This document shows positions 1-8,337 of a DNA stretch of 33,542 nucleotides, piece by piece. The stretch lies in the NCBI GenBank assembly GCA_963981525.1, contig CAXCDZ010000003.1, positions 1 to 33,542 on the forward strand, read 5' to 3'. A program made the position numbers and the translations under genes. The notes below the pieces were generated by a model that saw only the letters and a program-made list of their open reading frames with translations, was not told the DNA's origin and did no database searches. The stretch is from an uncultured bacterium (GTDB taxonomy: Bacteria; Patescibacteriota; Microgenomatia; UBA1400; UBA12108). Numbering within the stretch: the stretch's first letter is position 1; every line of letters begins with the position of its first letter.

Positions 1-13
1 GAGGCCTACTTAA

Positions 14-358
14 GTGAGCGCGAATCCGAAGTATAAACAAGGCGATATATATCTCGTCAAATTCCACCCTTCATTGGGAAAAGAACTTCGCAAATATAGA
101 CCTGCCGTTGTTGTTTTTGACTCAGTAAATAATGGTTTCGTTACTATTGCTCCACTAACTTCCAATCTCAATATCAAACATTCTGATCACGAGTTTGTTA
201 TTAATTCTTCTAAGAATAATGGACTCAAACAATCATCTCTCGTCTTAGCCTGGTATCTACGCACTATAGATGATCAGGCTATGCAAAAACTCTTAGGTCG
301 ACTAAGTAAGTCAAATCTCACCAAACTCAAAAAGTCTCTCACCAAACTCTTCTCATAA
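14..358 (+). CDS. PemK/MazF-family type II toxin (endoribonuclease)
   Basis: 114 aa with N-terminal 'QGDIYLVKFHPSLGKELRKYRPAVVV' and 'VTIAPLTS', typical PemK motifs. The antitoxin would lie upstream, outside the window. Confidence 0.88.
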   Translation: MSANPKYKQGDIYLVKFHPSLGKELRKYRPAVVVFDSVNNGFVTIAPLTSNLNIKHSDHEFVINSSKNNGLKQSSLVLAWYLRTIDDQAMQKLLGRLSKSNLTKLKKSLTKLFS

Positions 359-730
359 CTGTACATTCTCCCAGTGCTTAATCTTACTCACCTCTCCCAT
401 AATATCCAACCACACCCCCACCACGTCAATCCGACACAATCCGTCCCAGCTGAACTCCTCACACCACAGATACCCCATATTCTCCACTCGCTTAAGCTTA
501 CGAGAATCAATCATCTCCCACGGCTCACCATATGAGTCATCCGCCTTCGTCTTAACCTCCACAAACATCACATAATCTTCATCCCTCACTTTTTTCTTTA
601 CAATTATATCGATTTCTCCCCATTTATTCCGATAATTCTTGGCTATAATCTCATATCCCTTCTGCCCCAACATCTCCCCCGCCGCTCGCTCTCCCCTCTC
701 CCCCGTCTTTCTATTATTTCTTTTCACCAT
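353..730 (-). CDS. yraN: YraN (UPF0102) family endonuclease
   Basis: 'GERGERAA...GYEIIAKNYRNKWGEIDII...FVEVKTK...CRIDVV' PD-(D/E)xK pattern; lies directly downstream of comM. Confidence 0.92.
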   Translation of the reverse strand: MVKRNNRKTGERGERAAGEMLGQKGYEIIAKNYRNKWGEIDIIVKKKVRDEDYVMFVEVKTKADDSYGEPWEMIDSRKLKRVENMGYLWCEEFSWDGLCRIDVVGVWLDIMGEVSKIKHWENVQL

Positions 731-2295
731 ACATCCTCCCGATACTGCACCGCCTCCGCCACGTGTTCTAGCCCAATCTCATCTACTCCCGCAAGGTCAG
801 CAATCGTCCTGGCTACTTTGATCACCTTGTAATAGGCTCGTGCCGAAAGATTGTACTTGGTGTTTGCAGTTGTGAGAAACTCGCGCACGTCACTACTCAA
901 CTTACAATATTTCTTAACTAATCTATTTCCCATCTGCGAGTTAGAGTAGATTCCATTATGCTCCGCGAATCTCGCCTCCTGCATTTTCCGCGCTTTCTCC
1001 ACTCTCTCCCTTATCATTTTCGAACTCTCTCGACTTTCCACTTTATCCTGTTTACTATTATCCTGAGAAGTCAGTTTGTTCACCTCAACTGGATCCACCC
1101 AGACATGTAGATCAATGCGGTCCAATATCGGCCCACTAATCCTCTTACGATACTTCTCAATTGCCCGCTCTCCGCACCTACACTCCTTGTACGGATGGTT
1201 AAGAAATCCACATGGACACGGATTGGCCGAGGCTAATAGTAAGAATGAGGCCGGATACTCTGCCTTCCCCGCGACTCGCGTAATCTGCACTACCCCATCC
1301 TCCATCGGCTGACGCAAAACCTCCAGAGTCGACCTAGGAAACTCAGGGAGCTCATCCAAAAATAGCACTCCCAAATGAGCCAGCGAGATCTCCCCCGGCA
1401 TCGGATTACTCCCTCCCCCGATTAGCCCCGCCCGGCTCGTCGTATGATGAGGAGAACGAAACGGCCGCCTTCTCACGAGAGCCTGCCCTGCCGGCATCAT
1501 CCCTGATACTGAATAGATCTTAGTTACCTCCAACGCCTCCTCAGGTAACAATGGTGGGAGTATAGATGGGAATGCCTTAGCTATCATCGTCTTACCTGCT
1601 CCCGGTGGCCCCACCAAGATCAGGTTATGCCCACCCGCTGCCGAGATCTCCGCCGCCCTTTTGGCTAGCTCCTGCCCAATCACCTCGCGCATATCCACCA
1701 CCGGCTCTACCTCGCGAGTTACATCAGTGATCGGAATCGTCGAGAGCGGTTTCATTAATTTATTATTCGCCAAACCTACCTGCACAGACAGGTGATCTCC
1801 CAGCTGACCCAATGTTCGGACCGCATAAACTGACACCCCCTCAATCACCGCAGCCTCACTCGACGACTCCACGGGTACAAAAATCTCCTTGATCCCATTA
1901 TCCTTTGCGAGCATCCCCACGAGTAACACTCCTCGACTATGCTTGACCGCACCTGAGAGCCCGAGCTCACCATAGTAATAACCTTCTATTTCCTTTTTCT
2001 CTACTCCTATTACCTCGCTTGCCAACAGGATTCCTACCGCGATTGGTAAGTCATAGTTACTCCCCACCTTGCGCACTCCTGCTGGAGCCAGGTTAACTGT
2101 AATTCGCTTGTCTGGGAACTTATATCCTGAGTTCTCAATTGCTTTTTTAACTCGGGCGCGCGACTCTCCCACTGCCTTGTCAGGCAACCCCACAATCTCA
2201 AAAGCCGGAAATCCTTTACTTGCAACATCCACCTCCACCAACACTTCTTGTGACTCCAAGCCAACGGTAGCCACCGACTTAACTCTTGCTAACAA
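724..2295 (-). CDS. comM: ComM/YifB Mg-chelatase-like AAA+ ATPase
   Basis: 'VGLPDKAVGESRARV', 'ITVNLAPA', Walker A 'GPPGAGKT', 'PFRSPHH', 'GVLFLDELPEF', 'NPCPCG'. Confidence 0.95.
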   Translation of the reverse strand: MLARVKSVATVGLESQEVLVEVDVASKGFPAFEIVGLPDKAVGESRARVKKAIENSGYKFPDKRITVNLAPAGVRKVGSNYDLPIAVGILLASEVIGVEKKEIEGYYYGELGLSGAVKHSRGVLLVGMLAKDNGIKEIFVPVESSSEAAVIEGVSVYAVRTLGQLGDHLSVQVGLANNKLMKPLSTIPITDVTREVEPVVDMREVIGQELAKRAAEISAAGGHNLILVGPPGAGKTMIAKAFPSILPPLLPEEALEVTKIYSVSGMMPAGQALVRRRPFRSPHHTTSRAGLIGGGSNPMPGEISLAHLGVLFLDELPEFPRSTLEVLRQPMEDGVVQITRVAGKAEYPASFLLLASANPCPCGFLNHPYKECRCGERAIEKYRKRISGPILDRIDLHVWVDPVEVNKLTSQDNSKQDKVESRESSKMIRERVEKARKMQEARFAEHNGIYSNSQMGNRLVKKYCKLSSDVREFLTTANTKYNLSARAYYKVIKVARTIADLAGVDEIGLEHVAEAVQYREDVW

Positions 2296-2343
2296 TTTCC
2301 CCCTCTCCTCAACCCTATATACTATGTACTATACCCTATCTCC

Positions 2344-3216
2344 CTACGAGATCCGCCACACTCCTCGCTCCTCCTCCACTAATCCCCTCATCTCTAACTG
2401 AGAGAGAGTTGCCATTACCTCACCCATTGGTTTTTTTACCACGCGAACTAGCTCATTTCGCGAACTAGGTCCTGATATTTTTAGACTCGCCCACAACTCA
2501 TGCTCTTGATCACTCATTTTTGCCTTGTCACGCATTACCTTCCCTTCACTCCCAAACGACTTGCCAGTAATCTCCCGCAACTTAGTTCTCGTGAGTGCCT
2601 CCGCCGTCCCATCAGCTACCAGCGTATTCGTCCCTACACTAGTTAGTGAGAACACCGATCCAGGCACCGCCAAAATTCTCCTTTTCATCCGCACTGCCCA
2701 ACTCGCAGTGTTCAGTGATCCCGACTTCTCTCCCGCCTCGATTATTACCACCATCTCACTTATTCCCACCACAATCCGATTACGTTGCGGAAATGTCCAG
2801 ACCTTAGGTGCAGTCTCTCCCTCATATTCCGAGAGTACAACTCCTCCGTTTTTCACAATCTCATCTGCCAGCTTTCGCGCCCCTTCCTCACTCCGATGTG
2901 TAATTCCGTACCCCAACACTCCCACAACTCTCCCTCCACACTCCAGCGTTACTCTGTGCGCTTCCTGGTCTACTCCGTACATCAGTCCCGACACGATCCC
3001 ATATCCAGCTGCAACTAACTGAGGCACCACTTCCGAGATTACTTGCTTCCCGTACCGACTCATCTTACGAGGTCCCACTACCGCAATCAACTTATCCCAG
3101 TTCTGAGCATCATAATCTCCTCGATACCACAACCCCTCTATTATCGGATCAACTGTCAATAATCGTGACAAAAACTTTTCACTATCTCTTTCGATATATC
3201 CAACATTATCCTGCAC
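2344..3216 (-). CDS. dprA: DNA-processing protein DprA
   Basis: 'IAVVGPRKMSRYG', 'IVSGLMYGVDQEAH', 'FPQRNRIVVGIS', 'EAGEKSGSLNTA', plus a C-terminal winged helix. The ORF track starts at 3327; GTG 3216 is preferred because a TTGTCA-N17-CATACT promoter-like match lies just upstream. Confidence 0.92.
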   Translation of the reverse strand: MQDNVGYIERDSEKFLSRLLTVDPIIEGLWYRGDYDAQNWDKLIAVVGPRKMSRYGKQVISEVVPQLVAAGYGIVSGLMYGVDQEAHRVTLECGGRVVGVLGYGITHRSEEGARKLADEIVKNGGVVLSEYEGETAPKVWTFPQRNRIVVGISEMVVIIEAGEKSGSLNTASWAVRMKRRILAVPGSVFSLTSVGTNTLVADGTAEALTRTKLREITGKSFGSEGKVMRDKAKMSDQEHELWASLKISGPSSRNELVRVVKKPMGEVMATLSQLEMRGLVEEERGVWRIS

Positions 3217-3284
3217 ATAATTAGTATGACAATATTCATTGCTCTTGACAACTCTCTCTCTCTCTCTGCGAAAATCCTTATAGG

Positions 3285-3794
3285 ATGTTAAAAGAACAAA
3301 GATTAAACTCTCCCGAATCATATTCACTGTGGTATGGTGATTTTATTAATCACCTACCAAGCATAAGTAACAGAGCTAAGCTGGCTTCACACATTCAAAA
3401 CACTGAGATTCCTTATTCCAAAACTACTAATTTACGCTTTTCCGAACCACAATCAATTATCCAAATTTTACAACAAGGATTTGTTCCTTCACCTGGCGAA
3501 TATGACATTGGATCCTCTGGTAATACCACCAATCATATAATAGATACTTGGGCATATGGTGGTAAAAGTTCTCAAGAAAAAACATCAGACCAATACTACA
3601 ACAAACTATTTGGATCAAATAATTGGATTGCAGTCAAACTAGATCAAACCAACCATTCTTCAAACTCTCCCATGACAGAACCTCTACTACGTATGCCGTT
3701 TATCAAAAAGGAAATAGTACAACAACTATACGGAGATTTAGTTAATCAAAAATATTCTCGATATTCAGGTATTACAAGTAAAATCCTTCCATAA
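3285..3794 (+). CDS. hypothetical protein
   Basis: 169-aa AT-rich ORF filling the gap between dprA and the next gene. No recognisable motif; start uncertain. Confidence 0.55.
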   Translation: MLKEQRLNSPESYSLWYGDFINHLPSISNRAKLASHIQNTEIPYSKTTNLRFSEPQSIIQILQQGFVPSPGEYDIGSSGNTTNHIIDTWAYGGKSSQEKTSDQYYNKLFGSNNWIAVKLDQTNHSSNSPMTEPLLRMPFIKKEIVQQLYGDLVNQKYSRYSGITSKILP

Positions 3795-3857
3795 ACACTC
3801 AACTTGTATTACCCGCCACCATGTTTCGAAACATAGTAACAATAACCCCCTACTTGC

Positions 3858-4538
3858 TCACAACACCTCCCTCTTCATTCCATCAATCATTCCATGAACC
3901 TTGCGCAAAAAATCTGCACTCCGCCTAACTCGTATTCTAAGCACTCCATAATATTCCCCTGGGTTCTCATATACTTTCTTCCACTTCACCTTCTGATAAA
4001 AAGGTTTGCGAAACTCACCCTCATCAACATCAAGTAATTTCGCCCAATACTGCACAATCTCTTTTATTCTATATTCATGTGACTCATTCACAGTCACTCG
4101 AAAAATCAAATCATCTTTTGAATATCCAAAACACTCAACTAACCATTTCACTACCATCAACACCATCTCTGGATCAGAACTACCAAGTCCAGCTTGATTA
4201 TCTTTCTTATATCCCTCTGCCCAATACAAAGCAATTCCCACCAGCAATAACTCTCTTTTATTCATTTCTCCTACAAGCTTCTCACCTTCTAAGTTTAATG
4301 TCCTCGTCTTATCAATGCGAATTTGCTGTTGCTTAAGTACATTCTCCAATCGTTTTCCATAATATGGATCTCGTCCCTGTTTTTCAAGCTGCTTTATTTG
4401 TTCCTGAGTCAACTTCACGTCTCGACACCACAAACTCACAGATCCTGGAGAAACAGACAATTCGTGAGCAATCCACTTAATACTTTTCCCACTCTTTCTA
4501 AATATTCTCGCCTTGATCTTTTCTTTTGATTTAGCCAT
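3858..4538 (-). CDS. HTH + single LAGLIDADG-like domain protein ('LYWAEG' type)
   Basis: N-terminal HTH-like 'FRKSGKSIKWIAHELSVSPGSVSLW', then 'LVGIALYWAEGYKK...LGSSDPEMV'. Paralogous to 15412..16065. Confidence 0.7.
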   Translation of the reverse strand: MAKSKEKIKARIFRKSGKSIKWIAHELSVSPGSVSLWCRDVKLTQEQIKQLEKQGRDPYYGKRLENVLKQQQIRIDKTRTLNLEGEKLVGEMNKRELLLVGIALYWAEGYKKDNQAGLGSSDPEMVLMVVKWLVECFGYSKDDLIFRVTVNESHEYRIKEIVQYWAKLLDVDEGEFRKPFYQKVKWKKVYENPGEYYGVLRIRVRRSADFLRKVHGMIDGMKREVL

Positions 4539-4660
4539 ACACAGTTCTTAGTGTCATTATAGCAAGGTACAATTATTTTGCAATATTCCCGTTCTCAAGT
4601 TACAATACACGAGTACATTCAAAAAACCTGTCTCGTCGTAATAATCGATGAAGACGGACG

Positions 4661-4936
4661 CGCGGGATAGTGTACGGTGCACGTGAGGCTCAAAATGGGC
4701 CCCTACCCGAGTAATTAGGTAGAGAGAATTTGGCTATATCGGTGAATGCCTATTGCTAGACAATAGGTTAACCCCGAGGGAAGGCTCCCGATTTATCGAG
4801 AGAACCCGTAGAGACTACACGCCAGACTCCCCACTTTCTTCACAGAAAAGGGAGATGATATAGTCCGACACTCCAGGTAACCGGAGAATACAGATCGCAT
4901 AATCTCACAGGCTAGGTTCAACTCCTAGTCCCGCAA
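4661..4936 (+). tRNA. tRNA-Met(CAT), initiator-type, intron-containing (exons 4661-4690 and 4898-4936)
   Basis: Acceptor CGCGGGA/TCCCGCA with C1:A72 mismatch. The spliced anticodon arm reads TGAGG-CT|CAT-AA-TCTCA. T-arm CTAGG-TTCAACT-CCTAG. Confidence 0.9.
4691..4897 (+). ncRNA. group I intron (207 nt) in initiator tRNA, inserted after U33
   Basis: 5' exon ends in U and the intron ends in G. Core motifs GTAGAGACTA (R/P7) and GATATAGTCC (S/P7'); P9-like hairpin CTCCAGGTAACCGGAG. Confidence 0.9.
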
Positions 4937-4943
4937 CAAACAT

Positions 4944-4972
4944 AAAAGCCACTCGTAAGAGTGGCTTTTTTT
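4944..4972. terminator. bidirectional intrinsic terminator between convergent tRNAs
   Basis: AAAAGCCACTC-GTAA-GAGTGGCTTTTTTT, a perfect hairpin flanked by A and T tracts. Confidence 0.85.
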
Positions 4973-4980
4973 ATCTCGTG

Positions 4981-5052
4981 TAGCAGGGGAGAGAATTGAA
5001 CTCTCGACCTAAAGTTTATGATTCTTTTGCTCTACCACTGAGCTACCCTGCC
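4981..5052 (-). tRNA. tRNA-Met(CAT), probably elongator
   Basis: GGCAGGGTAGCTCAGTGGTAGAGC-A-AAAGA-AT-CAT-AA-ACTTT-AGGTC-GAGAG-TTCAATT-CTCTC-CCCTGCT-A. A31:A39 mismatch in the anticodon stem. Confidence 0.85.
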
Positions 5053-5114
5053 TTGATTATCATAGCTTTCGCAACGACAACTCGTATATTCTAACATCTA
5101 AAAAGAATATTTCC

Positions 5115-6146
5115 CTACAACACTAATAACCCAGCAAGTCCAAGCACCAAGAATAACAATCCCACCGAGATCGTCCCCATCGTAACCTCAAACACTCCTG
5201 CCTCAGGTAACGTCTCTCCCTCTGGTTGAGTTACCCTTGGAGATGGTGTTGGAGTTGTAGTTGTAGTCGAACTACTCGCCGTTGGAGTGGGGGTTGGTGT
5301 AGCAGTTGCGCTTGCACCCGGACTCGCGCTCGGTGTAGGAGTTGGTGAGCTCACCACGCTTGATGGCGTATATGACCAGATCACAACATAATCATTAAAG
5401 TCCGCGTTCGACGGGTCACCAGACCCTCCCCAGTCTCCCCAACACTGGATCGAAACTAGAGGTTCTCCCTCTGCCTCCTCTGTAGCCCAGTTAATATATG
5501 AGGTAATATCTGGATGAACTTGACTCCCATCTCCTCCACATGTGTTATCAGCTTTCGGCGGGATCCATCCATATCCTGGCTTATCATAATCTCCTCCATC
5601 AAACGCTCCAATCGTTACTTTCTCCGCTCCAGGTAATACAAATCCAGTATCCAAGTATGACATTGAGGTGCTCGATCCGTTCCCGACGATCTGCACTCCC
5701 ACTCCCCCACTCGCACTCTCCATGTCCAAAAGAACACTAGAGCTACCAGAATAATTACTAAAATAGACTCTCACCTCTCCTGCCTTTGGATAAGAGATCT
5801 CATTCCCACTCGGAGTTACTTGACTCACACTAATTGGCGCAATCGAAGGGGATGGGATCGCTACAGGTGACGGTAACGCAGCCACCGTTGGTCTAGGCGT
5901 AGTAGAGGGCTTAGGTGCGGGTGCAATCGATTGCTGGTATACCACCACTCCCAAACCAACTCCAACCACCACACAAGCCAGGACTATCATCCATAGCTTT
6001 GATCCCTTTTTCTGCTTCTTGATCTTGGGAATAGCCTTGCTCTCGGCACTCTCACCTATTGATGGAGGTGGTATTAACGGTTCATTGTTCACCATATCAG
6101 AATATCCCTTCCTATCCATCATGCCAAATCTTATCGTCGAGGTCAA
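5115..6146 (-). CDS. surface/membrane protein with N-terminal TM, Pro/Thr/Ser linkers and C-terminal LPxTG-like (LPEAG)+TM
   Basis: Hydrophobic 'LWMIVLACVVVGVGLGVVVY', PT/S-rich linkers, 'NADFNDYVV', terminal 'LPEAG...LLFLVLGLAGLLVL'. The true start may be ATG 6095. Confidence 0.8.
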   Translation of the reverse strand: MTSTIRFGMMDRKGYSDMVNNEPLIPPPSIGESAESKAIPKIKKQKKGSKLWMIVLACVVVGVGLGVVVYQQSIAPAPKPSTTPRPTVAALPSPVAIPSPSIAPISVSQVTPSGNEISYPKAGEVRVYFSNYSGSSSVLLDMESASGGVGVQIVGNGSSTSMSYLDTGFVLPGAEKVTIGAFDGGDYDKPGYGWIPPKADNTCGGDGSQVHPDITSYINWATEEAEGEPLVSIQCWGDWGGSGDPSNADFNDYVVIWSYTPSSVVSSPTPTPSASPGASATATPTPTPTASSSTTTTTPTPSPRVTQPEGETLPEAGVFEVTMGTISVGLLFLVLGLAGLLVL

Positions 6147-6413
6147 TCAGCAATATCAAGCACAATATCAAATGCTCACACTTCCCAGAAAAATACTCAT
6201 CTCCCTCTAAAAAATATTCCTAATTACTTTGATAGAATATGCTAATTATTAATAATCAAAAAGGACAATATGAAATGCTCAATATGTGGTGCAAATGCTT
6301 GTTACATGGTTGCTGTAGATAGTAGATTGAGTAGGATTTTCAAACAAGTAGTTGATAAATATGCAGCAAGATGCAAAGAATGCACCGACAAGACAGAAAA
6401 GTAAAAGTGCTAG

Positions 6414-6697
6414 CTCCCCCGGCTGGACTCGAACCAGCGACCTTGAAGTTACATGTAACCCACTTGTTACCAAATGGCATGGACTATCTCATCACCATAG
6501 CAAACACGTTAGGTGGTGGGCGCTCGAGGGTGTAATCACCTAGTCTCTGCACCTGCCTACATCTTAGATGAGGATTGGCTCAGGATTGCCCTACATATGC
6601 AGGGGTTCCCTGATTTCACCCACTTTTCACTCAAATGTTTCCATCTGAGGCTGCAAACTTTCACAGCTTCCTGCTCTACCGACTGAGCTACAGGGGA
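6414..6697 (-). tRNA. tRNA-Asn(GTT), intron-containing (exons 6697-6663 and 6451-6414)
   Basis: Spliced sequence TCCCCTGTAGCTCAGTCGGTAGAGCAGGAAGCTGT|TAACTTCAAGGTCGCTGGTTCGAGTCCAGCCGGGGGAG; U1-A72 and G73 as expected for Asn. Confidence 0.9.
6452..6662 (-). ncRNA. group I intron (211 nt, IC3/trnL-like) in tRNA-Asn between positions 35 and 36
   Basis: Minus strand carries GGGCAATCCTGAGCCAA (6575-6591), GCAGAGACTA and GAGATAGTCC. Preceded by exon U and ends in G. Confidence 0.9.
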
Positions 6698-6772
6698 ATG
6701 TATTGAATTGTTAAATCTGATACACTGGAATTATATCACGCAAATCCTCAAACCCTGAGGAGAAAGGTCTAC

Positions 6773-7045
6773 ATGAGCTACACAAACATGATGGGGTGGG
6801 GAAACAGCTGGGGATCATTTGGCACCGGCATCTCACTCTTTGTTCTCTGGAGCTTGCTCTGGAAAGGTCTCGCTCTCTGGCGCTCTGCCAAAGAAGATAA
6901 TAGATACTGGTTCATCGCTTTTCTCGTTGTCCACACCGGCGGATTACTTGAGTTAGCTTATCTCTTTTTCTTCGCCAAGGAAAAACTCAACCTCTCCACT
7001 ACCCCAAAAAAGAAACCAGCTAAGAAAAAATCAACCAAGAAATAG
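6773..7045 (+). CDS. small membrane protein, DUF5652-like
   Basis: 'LWSLLWKGLALWRSAK...WFIAFLVVHTGGLLELAYLF' pattern, Lys-rich tail, GAGGAG upstream. Confidence 0.8.
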   Translation: MSYTNMMGWGNSWGSFGTGISLFVLWSLLWKGLALWRSAKEDNRYWFIAFLVVHTGGLLELAYLFFFAKEKLNLSTTPKKKPAKKKSTKK

Positions 7046-7047
7046 AG

Positions 7048-8292
7048 TTACTCCAAATAGTCCTGAAGCATCTTACGCTTGCTAGGATGCTTGAGTTTTC
7101 TAAGTGCCTTTGCCTCAATCTGTCGAATGCGCTCGCGTGTAACCCCAAACTCTCTCCCCACCTCCTCCAGTGTCATCGGTTTTGCTCCAAGCAAACCAAA
7201 CCGCATCTCCAACACCTTACCCTCTCGGTCCGATAGTGCAGCCAGCACCTCTTCGATATTCTCACGCAAAAGTCGCTGACTTGTTAGTTCATACGGAGTA
7301 GCTTGTTTAGTATCCTCAATAAAATCCCCTAGATAAGAATCCTTGTCGTCTCCAATCGGCGTCTCAAGAGAGGTTGTTTTCTGACTAATTTTCAGGATCT
7401 CTCGCACCTTCTCAGGTGTAATCTCCATCACCTCTCCTACTTCCTCAGGTGTAGGATCTCTCCCTAACTGTTGCATCAACTTACGGCTAGTTCTAATGAG
7501 CTTATTAATCGTCTCGACCATATGCACCGGGATCCTAATCGTTCTCGCTTGGTCAGCTATAGCACGAGTAATTGCCTGCCTAATCCACCACGTCGCATAA
7601 GTCGAAAACTTAAACCCCTTTTTCCAGTCATACTTCTCCACCGCTCGAATGAGTCCTTTGTTGCCTTCTTGGATTAAGTCTAGAAACGATAATCCTCTCC
7701 CAATATATTTTTTCGCAATCGAAACTACTAGGCGAAGGTTAGAGCTCGTTAACTTCTCCTTCGCCCTCAAACTACCCGCATCATTCTTCTGCGCTAGCTC
7801 AATCTCCTGGTCTCGAGTAAGTAAGGGAATACGCCCAATCTCTCGCAGATACATTCGCACTGGATCACTAATTGACCTAGAATCAATCGTCGTCAACATC
7901 TCTAGCTCCTTCTCCAGTTCCGAGGCTTTCTTCTCATCATCATCCGTCTCTGCCACAGTCTCAAACACATCAATCTCTTTGTATATTAGCTCCTCATACA
8001 AATCATCCAGCTGATCAATCCAGTTCTCTGCGTCAGGAAACAAACTCAAGATCTCATCTTGCGTCACGTACCCCCGACTCATTCCCTTGAGCACTAACTC
8101 ACGAATCTTCTTCTTGCGTACCCCACCCACACCTTCATCAGTATATGTAATCTCAGAACTATCTATTTTTTTATTTCTTTTTTTCGCTACTTTCTTAGCA
8201 GGTTTTTTCTCCACCTTTTTACCAACCTTTTTTGCAGGTTTCTTAACTACTTTTTTTGACTTAGTTGTTGTTTTCTTTTTCTTTGTTGGCAT
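7048..8292 (-). CDS. rpoD: primary RNA polymerase sigma factor RpoD/SigA
   Basis: '[11 protein letters not shown]', '[12 protein letters not shown]', '[31 protein letters not shown]', '[17 protein letters not shown]'. Confidence 0.98.
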   Translation of the reverse strand: MPTKKKKTTTKSKKVVKKPAKKVGKKVEKKPAKKVAKKRNKKIDSSEITYTDEGVGGVRKKKIRELVLKGMSRGYVTQDEILSLFPDAENWIDQLDDLYEELIYKEIDVFETVAETDDDEKKASELEKELEMLTTIDSRSISDPVRMYLREIGRIPLLTRDQEIELAQKNDAGSLRAKEKLTSSNLRLVVSIAKKYIGRGLSFLDLIQEGNKGLIRAVEKYDWKKGFKFSTYATWWIRQAITRAIADQARTIRIPVHMVETINKLIRTSRKLMQQLGRDPTPEEVGEVMEITPEKVREILKISQKTTSLETPIGDDKDSYLGDFIEDTKQATPYELTSQRLLRENIEEVLAALSDREGKVLEMRFGLLGAKPMTLEEVGREFGVTRERIRQIEAKALRKLKHPSKRKMLQDYLE

Positions 8293-8337
8293 ACAAAAAT
8301 CCCCTTATTTGCGTAGTATACTCGATTTTACTGTTTT

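Noticed and set aside
353-3216. dprA-comM-yraN cluster as a novel system
   Set aside because: Well-known conserved neighbourhood linked to natural transformation.
3217-3327. N-terminal extension of DprA in the ORF track
   Set aside because: It overlaps the divergent ORF and the (CT)8 tract, has no DprA-like sequence, and a promoter-like match points to GTG 3216.
4981-5052. tRNA(CAT) as lysidine tRNA-Ile2
   Set aside because: A tRNA-Ile(TAT) is present and the GGC acceptor start fits elongator Met better; not fully excluded.
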